From the NCBI GenBank assembly GCA_048884965.1, contig JBHLQH010000027.1, forward strand, positions 1 to 46,379: a stretch of DNA of 46,379 bases, read 5' to 3'. Positions within the stretch are counted from its first letter, which is position 1. Each line of letters opens with the position of its first letter. Origin of the DNA: Candidatus Thorarchaeota archaeon (lineage in GTDB: Archaea; Asgardarchaeota; Thorarchaeia; Thorarchaeales; Thorarchaeaceae). Below, piece by piece: positions 10,182 through 18,722 of the stretch. The notes below the pieces were generated by a model. The model was given only the letters and a program-made list of their open reading frames with translations, made no database searches and was not told where the DNA came from. The translations under genes and the position numbers were made by a program.

Positions 10182-11114
10182 ATGTTGGAGTTGCTAACAA
10201 ATAGCGTAGTTTCAGGACTAATCGTAATGTCCATCCTCGGAGCCCTATCGTATAAGCTCCACTTTGTAGATGTATCTGGCTTAATCAGTGCATATGTTGT
10301 TGGAGTAACGGTATGGTATACCGGAGGAGTGGCAGCATTTACGATCCTTTTATTCTTCTTCCTAGCTTCAGGAGTTGCAACGAAATTCAAGTACAAAGCA
10401 AAAGCTAAACAGAATCTTGCTCAAGAGGGAAAGGGAAAGAGATCTTGGAGGAATGTCTTCGGTAGCGGAGTCATTCCAATGTTCTTCTCAATAGGCATTT
10501 TCATCTTTAGTCCGACAGGACCATTCAACTTGACCACAGATCCATTCTTCTCATTTGCTATGTTTGGAGGCTTTGTAGGATCTGTTGCTACAACTACAGC
10601 AGATACATTGGCAAGTGAGATTGGAGTTTTCAGTAAGAGCAAACCCCGCTTGATCACCAATCTTCGTCGTAAGGTTCCAAGAGGAACAATTGGAGCAGTT
10701 TCTCTTCTTGGTGAAGGGGTTGCAGTATTTGCTGGTATAATGATTGGCGTACTAGCTCTCATCTTTGCGTTCGCAGCACCAAGTATGATTCCTGTCTATA
10801 ACATCGAACAACTCTTCATCATCTTCCCGTTGTCAGTTCTTACAGCTTTCATCGGATGCAATCTAGACAGCTTATTCGGTGCGGTACTTCAGAATAGATT
10901 TGTTTGTGAGATATGTGGTGCTGTCACAGACAAAGAATTCCATTGTGACTATGAAACCAAGTATGTTGGTGGTTTCAGAAGCTTCACAAATACCTACGTG
11001 AACTTCGGTTCCTCAGGCATGGGAGCGACATTAGGAGTCGTCCTTGGGGCGGGACTATTTGTGTGGATTCTAGGAGGACTATTCTTCTGGATTCTTGCCT
11101 CATCTAGCAACTAG
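10182..11114 (+). CDS. DUF92/TMEM19 (VTE6-like) integral membrane protein
   Basis: LFFFLASGVATKFK, RSWRNVFGSG, ADTLASEIG, VPRGTIGAVSLLG, DSLFGAVLQ and C-terminal CxxCG...HC are DUF92 hallmarks. Confidence 0.9.
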   Translation: MLELLTNSVVSGLIVMSILGALSYKLHFVDVSGLISAYVVGVTVWYTGGVAAFTILLFFFLASGVATKFKYKAKAKQNLAQEGKGKRSWRNVFGSGVIPMFFSIGIFIFSPTGPFNLTTDPFFSFAMFGGFVGSVATTTADTLASEIGVFSKSKPRLITNLRRKVPRGTIGAVSLLGEGVAVFAGIMIGVLALIFAFAAPSMIPVYNIEQLFIIFPLSVLTAFIGCNLDSLFGAVLQNRFVCEICGAVTDKEFHCDYETKYVGGFRSFTNTYVNFGSSGMGATLGVVLGAGLFVWILGGLFFWILASSSN

Positions 11115-12430
11115 ATCTTTGCTCCTTTGCTGGTGCATACGAGATATGCATCCTCAAGATTGTGTGAAGCACTGAACGAGGATATCAGATTCGAAATGAA
11201 GAGGGACTCTAGATCTTCAGACGAACTGCGATTCTTGACTACTTTCATTGTGTCTGAGTCTTTTAGAAGCAAGCCATATTGATTTCGATCTATCTTGATG
11301 AGAACCTGTGCATTCGTATGCTTCCTCAAGGCAGCAACGGGTTCCCCTTTCAAAACCTCTCGTGCTACCTCCCATTCCTGCGGCGAGATTAGTAGCAAAT
11401 CAATCTGAGATAATAGAGGGGTAATTCGAGATAATCCAAGTTTCCAATAATGCTGAGAGCAGCGAAATATGGTGGGAATTCCATTGGCGTAGCAATAGGA
11501 TGCAATCGCTAGAGCGATTTCTAGAAATACCTCTCCAATGTAAACAGCTTTGCTCCTTCGGACAATATCCCATGGGATTTGGGAGGGGGAAGTCAGAGAG
11601 AGAGAGAACCTTTCATCAATCCCTACTAATCGTTTAGGGCTTTTTCCATCATCGATTATTATGGTTTCATTCGTCCGCTTTTCTGATTCTATGGTAAAAT
11701 GCCGCACATCAATCCCCCTAGATATGAGTGATGTCAGAACCTTCCACCCATTTAGGTCATCGCCAATCGAAGATACGAGAACGACTTTGTGATTCTGGTC
11801 AGCAAGAGCCATTGCTAGCTCAAGACTTGGCCCTCCTGGATAGCGATGTGGCATCTTACAAGTCACTTCAGTTCCATCTTTAGAGAAAGGTTCGCTCTGG
11901 ATTTCTGTGAATAGGGAAGAAGCACCTGTTATGACAAAATCAGGAGTTTCATAACTGGTGGATCCTTCCACCATGCTCTTCGCTCTCACACGTGTTAGTA
12001 TCTCAAAAAACACTGATTCCTCCAGACTATGCTCTCGATAGAATTGCAGCAAGCTAGTAAGATAGTCTTCTAGTAGAGATTCTGTCAATTCACTCACATC
12101 AGCAGGTAGTCCCTCTGTGAAGAAGCGAACCAGACCCCATCCTCTCTTTGTCAATTCGTGGAAAACGACGCGCTTTCCACGGTCTATCTTTGACCCTGTT
12201 TCAATGAGACCATATGAGCGTAGAACGTCCAGATAACGAAGTATACTCTTGTTCGAATGAGAAAGATCGCTGACCAAATCCCTTTGCAATACCGTGCCGT
12301 TTTCTTCGAAACGCGGGAGAACACTCGATGCAATACGGGATGCCAGTACATCCTTGATGAATGAAACACGTACCTCATACTCTGATGGCATCAATAGAAT
12401 ATACGGCCAGAAGTTATCGAATTCTGTCAT
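11111..12430 (-). CDS. Winged-HTH transcription regulator fused to a degenerate PfkB/ribokinase domain
   Basis: N-terminal wHTH (QRDLVSDLSHSNKSILRYLDVLRSYGLIE...FHELTKRG). PfkB N-motif YPGGPSLELAMALA...SSIGDDLNG is present, but the catalytic DTxGAGD is replaced by SSEDLES. GGAGG 8 nt upstream. Confidence 0.75.
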   Translation of the reverse strand: MTEFDNFWPYILLMPSEYEVRVSFIKDVLASRIASSVLPRFEENGTVLQRDLVSDLSHSNKSILRYLDVLRSYGLIETGSKIDRGKRVVFHELTKRGWGLVRFFTEGLPADVSELTESLLEDYLTSLLQFYREHSLEESVFFEILTRVRAKSMVEGSTSYETPDFVITGASSLFTEIQSEPFSKDGTEVTCKMPHRYPGGPSLELAMALADQNHKVVLVSSIGDDLNGWKVLTSLISRGIDVRHFTIESEKRTNETIIIDDGKSPKRLVGIDERFSLSLTSPSQIPWDIVRRSKAVYIGEVFLEIALAIASYCYANGIPTIFRCSQHYWKLGLSRITPLLSQIDLLLISPQEWEVAREVLKGEPVAALRKHTNAQVLIKIDRNQYGLLLKDSDTMKVVKNRSSSEDLESLFISNLISSFSASHNLEDAYLVCTSKGAKI

Positions 12431-12459
12431 CTATCAGGCCTCCATGAAGTTAAAATATG

Positions 12460-12513
12460 GGTTTGTCTATCGCCTTAATGTACAAACCTACCTATGTAGT
12501 TTACTGAACTACA
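12460..12513. promoter_or_regulatory. Candidate operator palindromes in the divergent promoter
   Basis: TGTAGTT-tactg-AACTACA (12495-12513) is a perfect 7-5-7 inverted repeat. GGTTTGT-N15-ACAAACC (12460-12488) flanks a TATA-like CTTAATGT. Confidence 0.55.
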
Positions 12514-12527
12514 CAAGAGGGATTCTA

Positions 12528-13301
12528 ATGGGTGAATACTTCAAAGCAGGAGCCTATCCTTGGGCGTTAACAGGAATATTCGCAGCACTTCATCTCGTTA
12601 TTACGCTAATACCTTTCAGTCTAAGCGTGAGTGGGACTGGAGCAATATCGTTTGGTATGATTTCAGCAGCTATCGTCGGTTATTTGCTGGGACCATTCTA
12701 TGGTACTCTCTCAGTATTGATAGGTTCATACATTGGCATTTTCATTAATCCTGAAATTGCAGTTATTGGACTAACAACTCCCATAGCTACCGCAGCAGGC
12801 GCGCTTGCTGCTGGCCTAATTAGAATAAAGAAGGCTGAGTTCGTCGTTGGTATCTATATAGTTGCAATGGTGGCATATCTGGTAGGACCAATCGGAATAC
12901 TAGTGCCAGAAGCTTTATGGTTCCATGTAATTGTATTCCTCTTCTCACTTCTTCTAGTGCTTCCATTTACAAAGAAAAGACTCAACAATGAGATAGGTCT
13001 TTCGAAATCTACTTCGACACGCGCTCTATTTCTTGTTGTATTGATTGCGGTATGCGTTGACCAAGCAGTAGGCTCAGCTATTGGGTCTTTCTACTTGATA
13101 TATGTCGCAGGTCTTGATATAGCACTTGTATCCACATTTTGGGTTGCAGTCGTATTTGTCTATCCTGTTGAACGAATAATTGGAGCATTGATAGCAACTT
13201 TCATTCTAGCTACGCTAATCGAAAGCATCTCCTCAGGATACTTCAGGTTACCAGGCACACCAGCAGAAGAAGATCTGAATCAAGAACTCGAAATCGAATG
13301 A
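12528..13301 (+). CDS. ECF transporter S-component-like membrane protein
   Basis: ALTGIFAALHLVITLIPF...IVGYLLGPFYGTLSVLIG has the AxxxA and GxxxGPxxG S-component pattern, with 6+ TM segments. Start ATG 12528 (the track extension overlaps the opposite gene). Confidence 0.75.
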   Translation: MGEYFKAGAYPWALTGIFAALHLVITLIPFSLSVSGTGAISFGMISAAIVGYLLGPFYGTLSVLIGSYIGIFINPEIAVIGLTTPIATAAGALAAGLIRIKKAEFVVGIYIVAMVAYLVGPIGILVPEALWFHVIVFLFSLLLVLPFTKKRLNNEIGLSKSTSTRALFLVVLIAVCVDQAVGSAIGSFYLIYVAGLDIALVSTFWVAVVFVYPVERIIGALIATFILATLIESISSGYFRLPGTPAEEDLNQELEIE

Positions 13302-13450
13302 ATTGAGAATATGTGTACAGAGTTGCGAATTGCTTAGCAGAAGAACGAAGCTTCTTAAGATTTCATGTTAGAGGTTAGTATGGAACGGGAGTTTCAAGTC
13401 CGTTCAGTGACTACCTACGAAATAATAGATTTCAGGAGAAGTAAAAGATA

Positions 13451-14281
13451 ATGCAGTTGGATATCTGGTTTGGTGTATGGTTCCTATTTATCGTTCTTGC
13501 ATTCTTCGTTTTGATGTTCGTTGCAAGTGGTATCAAGATTTTGAAGGAATGGGAGCGAGTGGCCATTTTGCGCCTTGGTAAGTTCAAGCATATTCGGGGT
13601 CCAGGTATAATCTGGGTGACGCCAATGCTTGATAAGATCGCTATGAGGGTGTCACTGAGGTTGCAGACATATGCATTCAAGACAGAAAGATCATTGACAA
13701 AGGATAACGTACCTGTCGTCGTTGACGCAGTCATGTACTTCAGAGTTATCGATGTGGAGAAAGCAATTCTAAGTGTAGAAAGATATACCATTGCTGTTGA
13801 GCTTGCTGCACAGACAACTTTGAGAGAGACAACTGGTAAAGTCACCTTGGATCAGCTTCTTTCAGACCGTGATAGCATCGCCGCTCATTTGCAGGAGCTA
13901 ATTGACGAGAAGACAGAACACTGGGGTGTCAAAGTTACAGCAGTTGAGATTCGTGACGTTGTAATCCCAACTCAGTTGCAGGATGCTATGAGTAGAGAAG
14001 CACAGGCTGAAAGAGAGAGGCGTGCAAGAATCACCCTTGCTACTGCTGAACTAGAGGCATCAGAAGCAATGCTGAAAGCAGCACAGACCTATGAAAAGTC
14101 ACCAGCAGGTATGACACTACGTACGTGGAACATCATGCAGGAAATCAGCAAGAATGCCAATCTGATCATCATGGTTCCAACTAACATCCCTGAGGTTGGC
14201 ACTACAGTCGGAATGGCAGCTGCAATGTCAGCTGGAACGAGTGGAATAAAAGTTCCAAAGAACAAAGGAACTGATGAGTAA
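13451..14281 (+). CDS. SPFH/stomatin (band 7, slipin) protein
   Basis: EWERVAILRLGK...GPG, LTKDNVPVVVDAV, AQTTLRE, WGVKVTAVEIRDV, QAERERRA. Confidence 0.95.
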   Translation: MQLDIWFGVWFLFIVLAFFVLMFVASGIKILKEWERVAILRLGKFKHIRGPGIIWVTPMLDKIAMRVSLRLQTYAFKTERSLTKDNVPVVVDAVMYFRVIDVEKAILSVERYTIAVELAAQTTLRETTGKVTLDQLLSDRDSIAAHLQELIDEKTEHWGVKVTAVEIRDVVIPTQLQDAMSREAQAERERRARITLATAELEASEAMLKAAQTYEKSPAGMTLRTWNIMQEISKNANLIIMVPTNIPEVGTTVGMAAAMSAGTSGIKVPKNKGTDE

Positions 14282-14317
14282 CTTTATTGTTTCAGATGAA
14301 ATAGGAAGGAAGAAGAA

Positions 14318-15016
14318 ATGGATGCCTGGATAAAAATCCTAGTCGTCATGATTTTGATTTCAGCCCTTAGCATGGTTCTAGGAGTACTCATATTCAATCC
14401 ATTCTATGGTTTGATAGCAATTGGTGTCATTCTTACATTGCTAGTTCTGACAGTGGATCCCGCAACAGGAAAAGCAATGGCACAAGTGACGGTACCAATC
14501 GTCATAATACTCTTCGTATTCCAGATTTTCCTCTTAGGCACAAGCATAATCTTTGAGCCATGGAATATCTTCATCATAGCTGCAGTGCTCTATCTCCTCT
14601 TCGCCTTATTCTCAGGGGGTGGAGGGCTCGTTGAGGGAGGTTTCATAGATGCGCAAGTTTCTTTGAAGCTGTTCCCAGTCTACGGAGGAGCAATTATCAT
14701 TGCATGGTTCTTAGATGATACCGGACATCTACCGGTGTATATAATGGTAGGAACCGTATTCAGCTTGATGTTGCTCTATATGGTCTTTCTAAGGGACTAT
14801 GACAAATGGCCTCAGTACCAATACAGTAAGATGAGAGACATCATTGCTCTTACGGACATCAATCCCAAGGGCAAGGTAAAGACCGGTGCTGAGATCTGGT
14901 GGGCGAAGACCACTGGACCACCTATCATGGCAGGGGAAAGAGTCAGTGCACTAGGCATTTCTGGAATGACTATGATAGTCGCAAAGGAAAGTCTGAGTGA
15001 CTCTCAATACGAATAG
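14318..15016 (+). CDS. NfeD-like stomatin operon partner (multi-TM + C-terminal OB fold)
   Basis: C-terminal ALTDINPKGKVKTGAEIWWAKT...GERVSALGISGMTMIV matches the NfeD OB domain; directly downstream of stomatin. Confidence 0.8.
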   Translation: MDAWIKILVVMILISALSMVLGVLIFNPFYGLIAIGVILTLLVLTVDPATGKAMAQVTVPIVIILFVFQIFLLGTSIIFEPWNIFIIAAVLYLLFALFSGGGGLVEGGFIDAQVSLKLFPVYGGAIIIAWFLDDTGHLPVYIMVGTVFSLMLLYMVFLRDYDKWPQYQYSKMRDIIALTDINPKGKVKTGAEIWWAKTTGPPIMAGERVSALGISGMTMIVAKESLSDSQYE

Positions 15017-15029
15017 TTGACATAAACTA

Positions 15030-15056
15030 AATGGGCAGGAGCTATTCCTACCCATT
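15030..15056. terminator. Hairpin between convergent genes
   Basis: AATGGGCAGGA-gctat-TCCTACCCATT, an 11-bp stem with one mismatch (G-U on the minus strand), between two stops. Confidence 0.55.
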
Positions 15057-15060
15057 ATCT

Positions 15061-15921
15061 CTATTTTTTCCTTTTAGTTGGATTGAGCAGTATCCAGATT
15101 ATCGATAGACCGAATAAGAAACCTGCTATTGTCGTGACACCCCATTCAATTTGGTAGATTTCTGGCATTAGTACGGGGTCTCTTGGGAAGGTTGGGAATA
15201 GAAGGTAGGCGATCATATTCCACATGAAATGAAATGCTATCGGAACCCAGAGTTTGTTCCCAGACCAATAGTAGGCATACGATAGAACAATGCCGCCCAA
15301 TGTCAGATTGAGGGTGAACAGTAGAATCAGATGAATCGGAACGGTACCAAGTGGAGTCCACCAACCAAAATGGAGAAGGCCAAAAAAGAGGGAGCTTATG
15401 ATAATGCCACGCCCCTTCCCGATGATGTCTACCAAGCGTGTTGTGAGATATCCTCTGTAGGCTAGTTCCTCAAAGAGAGCTGTTGGAACAGTAATGATGA
15501 TTTCCCCTGCAATCAAATCCGGGGTTATTGCAGAGGTGGGTCTTAATGTCCCGCCAAACAAGAAAGCAATGACAACAACCAGTATGGCTGCCACTGAGCC
15601 AGCTATCGCACCGATAGCAAGATGGGGAAAGAATTCATCATCCTCGAGATCAATTCCAAGCTCGGAAATGGAAGAACCACCTTCCCACCTGATGAATCCC
15701 AGAACTATGAAGTAGATCAACCCAAATGTAAGGAAAAATAGACCCGTTACAACAAGTTCATACAGATCGGTCCCATAGAAAACACCTGAGATGATCGGGT
15801 TCATTTCAATTACAAGCAGCATCAAAGCAGCAAAGAAGACAACTCGTAGAAGTCGGTCATCATTCTCCGAGGGGGATTTCTCATTCTTAGTCATTTTCGG
15901 AACCGATTCACTCAAGAACAT
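15061..15921 (-). CDS. CPBP (CAAX prenyl protease 2/Abi) family intramembrane metalloprotease
   Basis: EELAYRG, FGLLH and HFMWN motifs; polytopic. Confidence 0.92.
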   Translation of the reverse strand: MFLSESVPKMTKNEKSPSENDDRLLRVVFFAALMLLVIEMNPIISGVFYGTDLYELVVTGLFFLTFGLIYFIVLGFIRWEGGSSISELGIDLEDDEFFPHLAIGAIAGSVAAILVVVIAFLFGGTLRPTSAITPDLIAGEIIITVPTALFEELAYRGYLTTRLVDIIGKGRGIIISSLFFGLLHFGWWTPLGTVPIHLILLFTLNLTLGGIVLSYAYYWSGNKLWVPIAFHFMWNMIAYLLFPTFPRDPVLMPEIYQIEWGVTTIAGFLFGLSIIWILLNPTKRKK

Positions 15922-16134
15922 TCACCGTTAAATGTTGTCCGATGTATTTGCACACGATTTGATTATCAAGCAATGATACATAATTGGTCCTGAGTAATAC
16001 CCTGAATATACAGTAAGAGGGGAATACATAGAGCCAACTGATTTAAGTACTCGATGCAAATCGAGCATTAACATCTAGCTCATACAATGTATGAAAAGCC
16101 GATGAAATATTGAATTCAATAGGAGCGTACATTT

Positions 16135-17355
16135 TTGTCAGAAACTCGAAGAATGTTGCTGGACTTCGAAACTGATGAAGTCGGACAAAAGGCACGTAAT
16201 GATTCCAAAGTACGAAAAGCTCTAATTAAGGCTCTCACTGATACTTCTGATATTGTAAGGGAACGCGCTCTTATTGCAACTATTGAATTGGGAGACCCTA
16301 CAATCGTCACCGACGTCGCAAAAGCATTGAAGGATGACGATGATGAAGTACGAATCGCAGCTGCAGAGTCTTTGGCATACTATCAGCAACCTTCTACAAT
16401 ACCTACCCTCCTTGAAGGTCTAAAGGATTCCAATACATGGGTAAGATCACACTGTGCAAATGGCCTATCCAAATTAGTTAGCGGTCCAATTTGGGCTCGA
16501 GTCAAGGAGGAAGACGTAGATAGAATCTTGGCGGATTTTCCAGAGATGGATGAAGAACAGATTAGATTGTTCTTAACTAATCTCAAAATCAGGCAGAATT
16601 CTCTTGACAAATTCATGCGGTGGAGAAAAGCCAACTTCGAAGTTGACATAGATACTTCATCTCTTGAGGAGATGGAATCGAAACCTCTCATTCTTGAAGG
16701 TGTTGAACTAGAACCACCAGTGAAATCGAAACCAGCGACTGGAATTTCAGATGATGTTGAACGAATCTTGTCGGAGTTGCCAGCCGACCTTAGAGAAACA
16801 TTACCTGAGGAGGATCTTCGCAGACTGACACCAGCGACAGCAAGAGAACTCGTTGATTCACTACTGGCTTCCTTTACAGATGTTGGAAGAGAAGATTTGG
16901 AGAAAGAGGAACCTGCCAAGAAGAAGAAGGTAAAGGTAACGAAAGTAAAGAAGGTCAAGAAGAAAACAGGACCAACCAAAGAAGAACTGCTTGACCAGAT
17001 TCCTGACGAAGTCAAATCACAAGTTCCACCAGAAGTACTAGCGGACCTTTCACTTGAAGATTTGGAGGCTCTAATATCATCAGGAAGCGATAGCGCAGAT
17101 CTATTACCTGATATCACAGATGAGGAAGTCGTTGAAGAAGAGCCTAAGCCAGAGAAGAAAGAAGTAGAGAAAAAGAAGAAGGTTGTCAGTGGAGATGATC
17201 GCCTTCAAATCCTTATTGATAAGTTTGGAGAAGAAAAGGCAGAGATACTTCGAAACGTTCCTGAAGAGATGCTAGCAGGGATTCCTGATGACCAAATCGA
17301 AGAAATGGACATAGACGCTCTAAAGGACCTTGCTGATGCATTGGAGCCAAGGTAA
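16135..17355 (+). CDS. HEAT/PBS-lyase repeat protein with acidic and Lys-rich C-terminal helical repeats
   Basis: ALTDTSDIVRERAL, ALKDDDDEVRIAAAESL and GLKDSNTWVRSHCANGL are HEAT repeats; TTG start with GGAG upstream. Confidence 0.85.
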   Translation: MSETRRMLLDFETDEVGQKARNDSKVRKALIKALTDTSDIVRERALIATIELGDPTIVTDVAKALKDDDDEVRIAAAESLAYYQQPSTIPTLLEGLKDSNTWVRSHCANGLSKLVSGPIWARVKEEDVDRILADFPEMDEEQIRLFLTNLKIRQNSLDKFMRWRKANFEVDIDTSSLEEMESKPLILEGVELEPPVKSKPATGISDDVERILSELPADLRETLPEEDLRRLTPATARELVDSLLASFTDVGREDLEKEEPAKKKKVKVTKVKKVKKKTGPTKEELLDQIPDEVKSQVPPEVLADLSLEDLEALISSGSDSADLLPDITDEEVVEEEPKPEKKEVEKKKKVVSGDDRLQILIDKFGEEKAEILRNVPEEMLAGIPDDQIEEMDIDALKDLADALEPR

Positions 17356-17361
17356 CGAGTA

Positions 17362-18651
17362 TCACTCGCTACCTCGTATCACAATCGCGAATTCGCTTGC
17401 TAGTCGTCCATACCATTCAAGTAGATCTCGCATGTTGTCTACGTGTCGATAGGTTCCATTGCCATATTGAGAAAGTGCCAGCATCAATTCCTCATCCAAT
17501 TCGCTCCTTTCACCAAGTCCGATGGTATACATAACGAAGCGATTTCTATCTGGAAAACGTTCTTTCATAATCTTGAGAGGAGGGGGACCAGCTGTTGTCA
17601 TTCCATCTGTCAATAGGATTAGCATCGTTGGCTTACTAGGGTCTCCGAAGGCTTCTAAGACTTCACCGGCCTTAGCCAAAGCATTTCCCATATTCGTCAG
17701 AGTCCCTCCCTCTTCAACCTTATCAACTACATGAGTGCTAATAATTTGTAGACCAAGAGCCTTCTCACGTCCGGTACATTCAACAAATGGTTGAACCTCA
17801 CCTGTATCAGCGTTGAGAAATGTCATCTCAGCAACTTCCTTCTCGAACGTAATGACTCCTACCTTCTCACCATATCCACGACCAACCTTCTCAGCTAGGT
17901 AAAGCAATACAGCCATAGCTGCTGCTTCAGCTCTACTTACATTTCTTCCCTCGTCGAAACGATCTAAGAAGGCTTGCACTTCAGGATTATCTCCTGCAAG
18001 ATCCTTTAGACCCTCACGTGCATGAGCAATATCCTGAACAGGAACATCAGTTGTTTTCATGGAGCCACTAGTATCGATGCACAGGATTGCATTGAATGGA
18101 GTGGCAATACCAATTGTCTTGAACTGGTAGCCGGTCTTTTCTTTTAGAGCTTCGAACGCCAGCTTGGCAAAACTCTTTCCAGTGAGATTAGGACGAGTGT
18201 TCATAATTTCGACCTTTGCATCCAACTCGGGCCAATTGAAGGACATGCCAGGATATACAAGGCGACCACCAATTAGCTCTTCCAAGGAAGCGACTCTCTC
18301 AGCCGCCTTAGTAACCAAGTCCTCAGTATTAGCATCCTCTGACAGTGGTTTTAGACCAAACTCGACGTATTCCAGTGCAATCATGTCGCGTTCATAGAGT
18401 GTGACTTCGACAGTATCACCTTCCATAAGTAGTGATGCTTCCAGAACCAATGTATCAACGTAGATTTGGTCTTTCGGGACATCGTCACTCTTACGAATCT
18501 CTGCAGCTCCCCAAAAGCTACTCTCAGGATCTTCAAAGATCACAATTGAACCAATCTCTGCATCAAGAGATTCTGCAGTCTTTGGATTCATAGTGGCATA
18601 GCCTCGAAGATCGCCTCCATCCACGATCTCTAGATTTACTCTTCCGACGAT
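17362..18651 (-). CDS. CDC48/VAT N-domain-like + VWA domain protein (intact MIDAS)
   Basis: DLRGYATMNPKTAESLDAEIGSIV...QIYVDTLVLEASLLMEGDTVEV resembles the CDC48 double-psi barrel. VWA motifs ILCIDTSGSM, TNMGNAL, LILLTDG, YTIGLG. The track start is GTG 18624; I infer ATC 18651. Confidence 0.8.
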   Translation of the reverse strand: MVGRVNLEIVDGGDLRGYATMNPKTAESLDAEIGSIVIFEDPESSFWGAAEIRKSDDVPKDQIYVDTLVLEASLLMEGDTVEVTLYERDMIALEYVEFGLKPLSEDANTEDLVTKAAERVASLEELIGGRLVYPGMSFNWPELDAKVEIMNTRPNLTGKSFAKLAFEALKEKTGYQFKTIGIATPFNAILCIDTSGSMKTTDVPVQDIAHAREGLKDLAGDNPEVQAFLDRFDEGRNVSRAEAAAMAVLLYLAEKVGRGYGEKVGVITFEKEVAEMTFLNADTGEVQPFVECTGREKALGLQIISTHVVDKVEEGGTLTNMGNALAKAGEVLEAFGDPSKPTMLILLTDGMTTAGPPPLKIMKERFPDRNRFVMYTIGLGERSELDEELMLALSQYGNGTYRHVDNMRDLLEWYGRLASEFAIVIRGSE

Positions 18652-18722
18652 TGTAATTGCCTCCGTTGCTCCTTATTTTATTCTGCTCGTATATAGATAT
18701 AAAGAATCGTACATCCTCCTTC

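Noticed and set aside
12294-12527. N-terminal extension of the ECF S-component ORF
   Set aside because: Overlaps the divergent regulator and the operator region; the hydrophobic domain begins after ATG 12528.
16915-16970. AAG-rich repetitive DNA
   Set aside because: Explained by Lys/Val codons in a low-complexity linker; not a repeat array.
16383-17117. 244-aa antisense ORF
   Set aside because: Ser/Phe-rich mirror of the Glu/Lys-rich HEAT protein; a shadow ORF.
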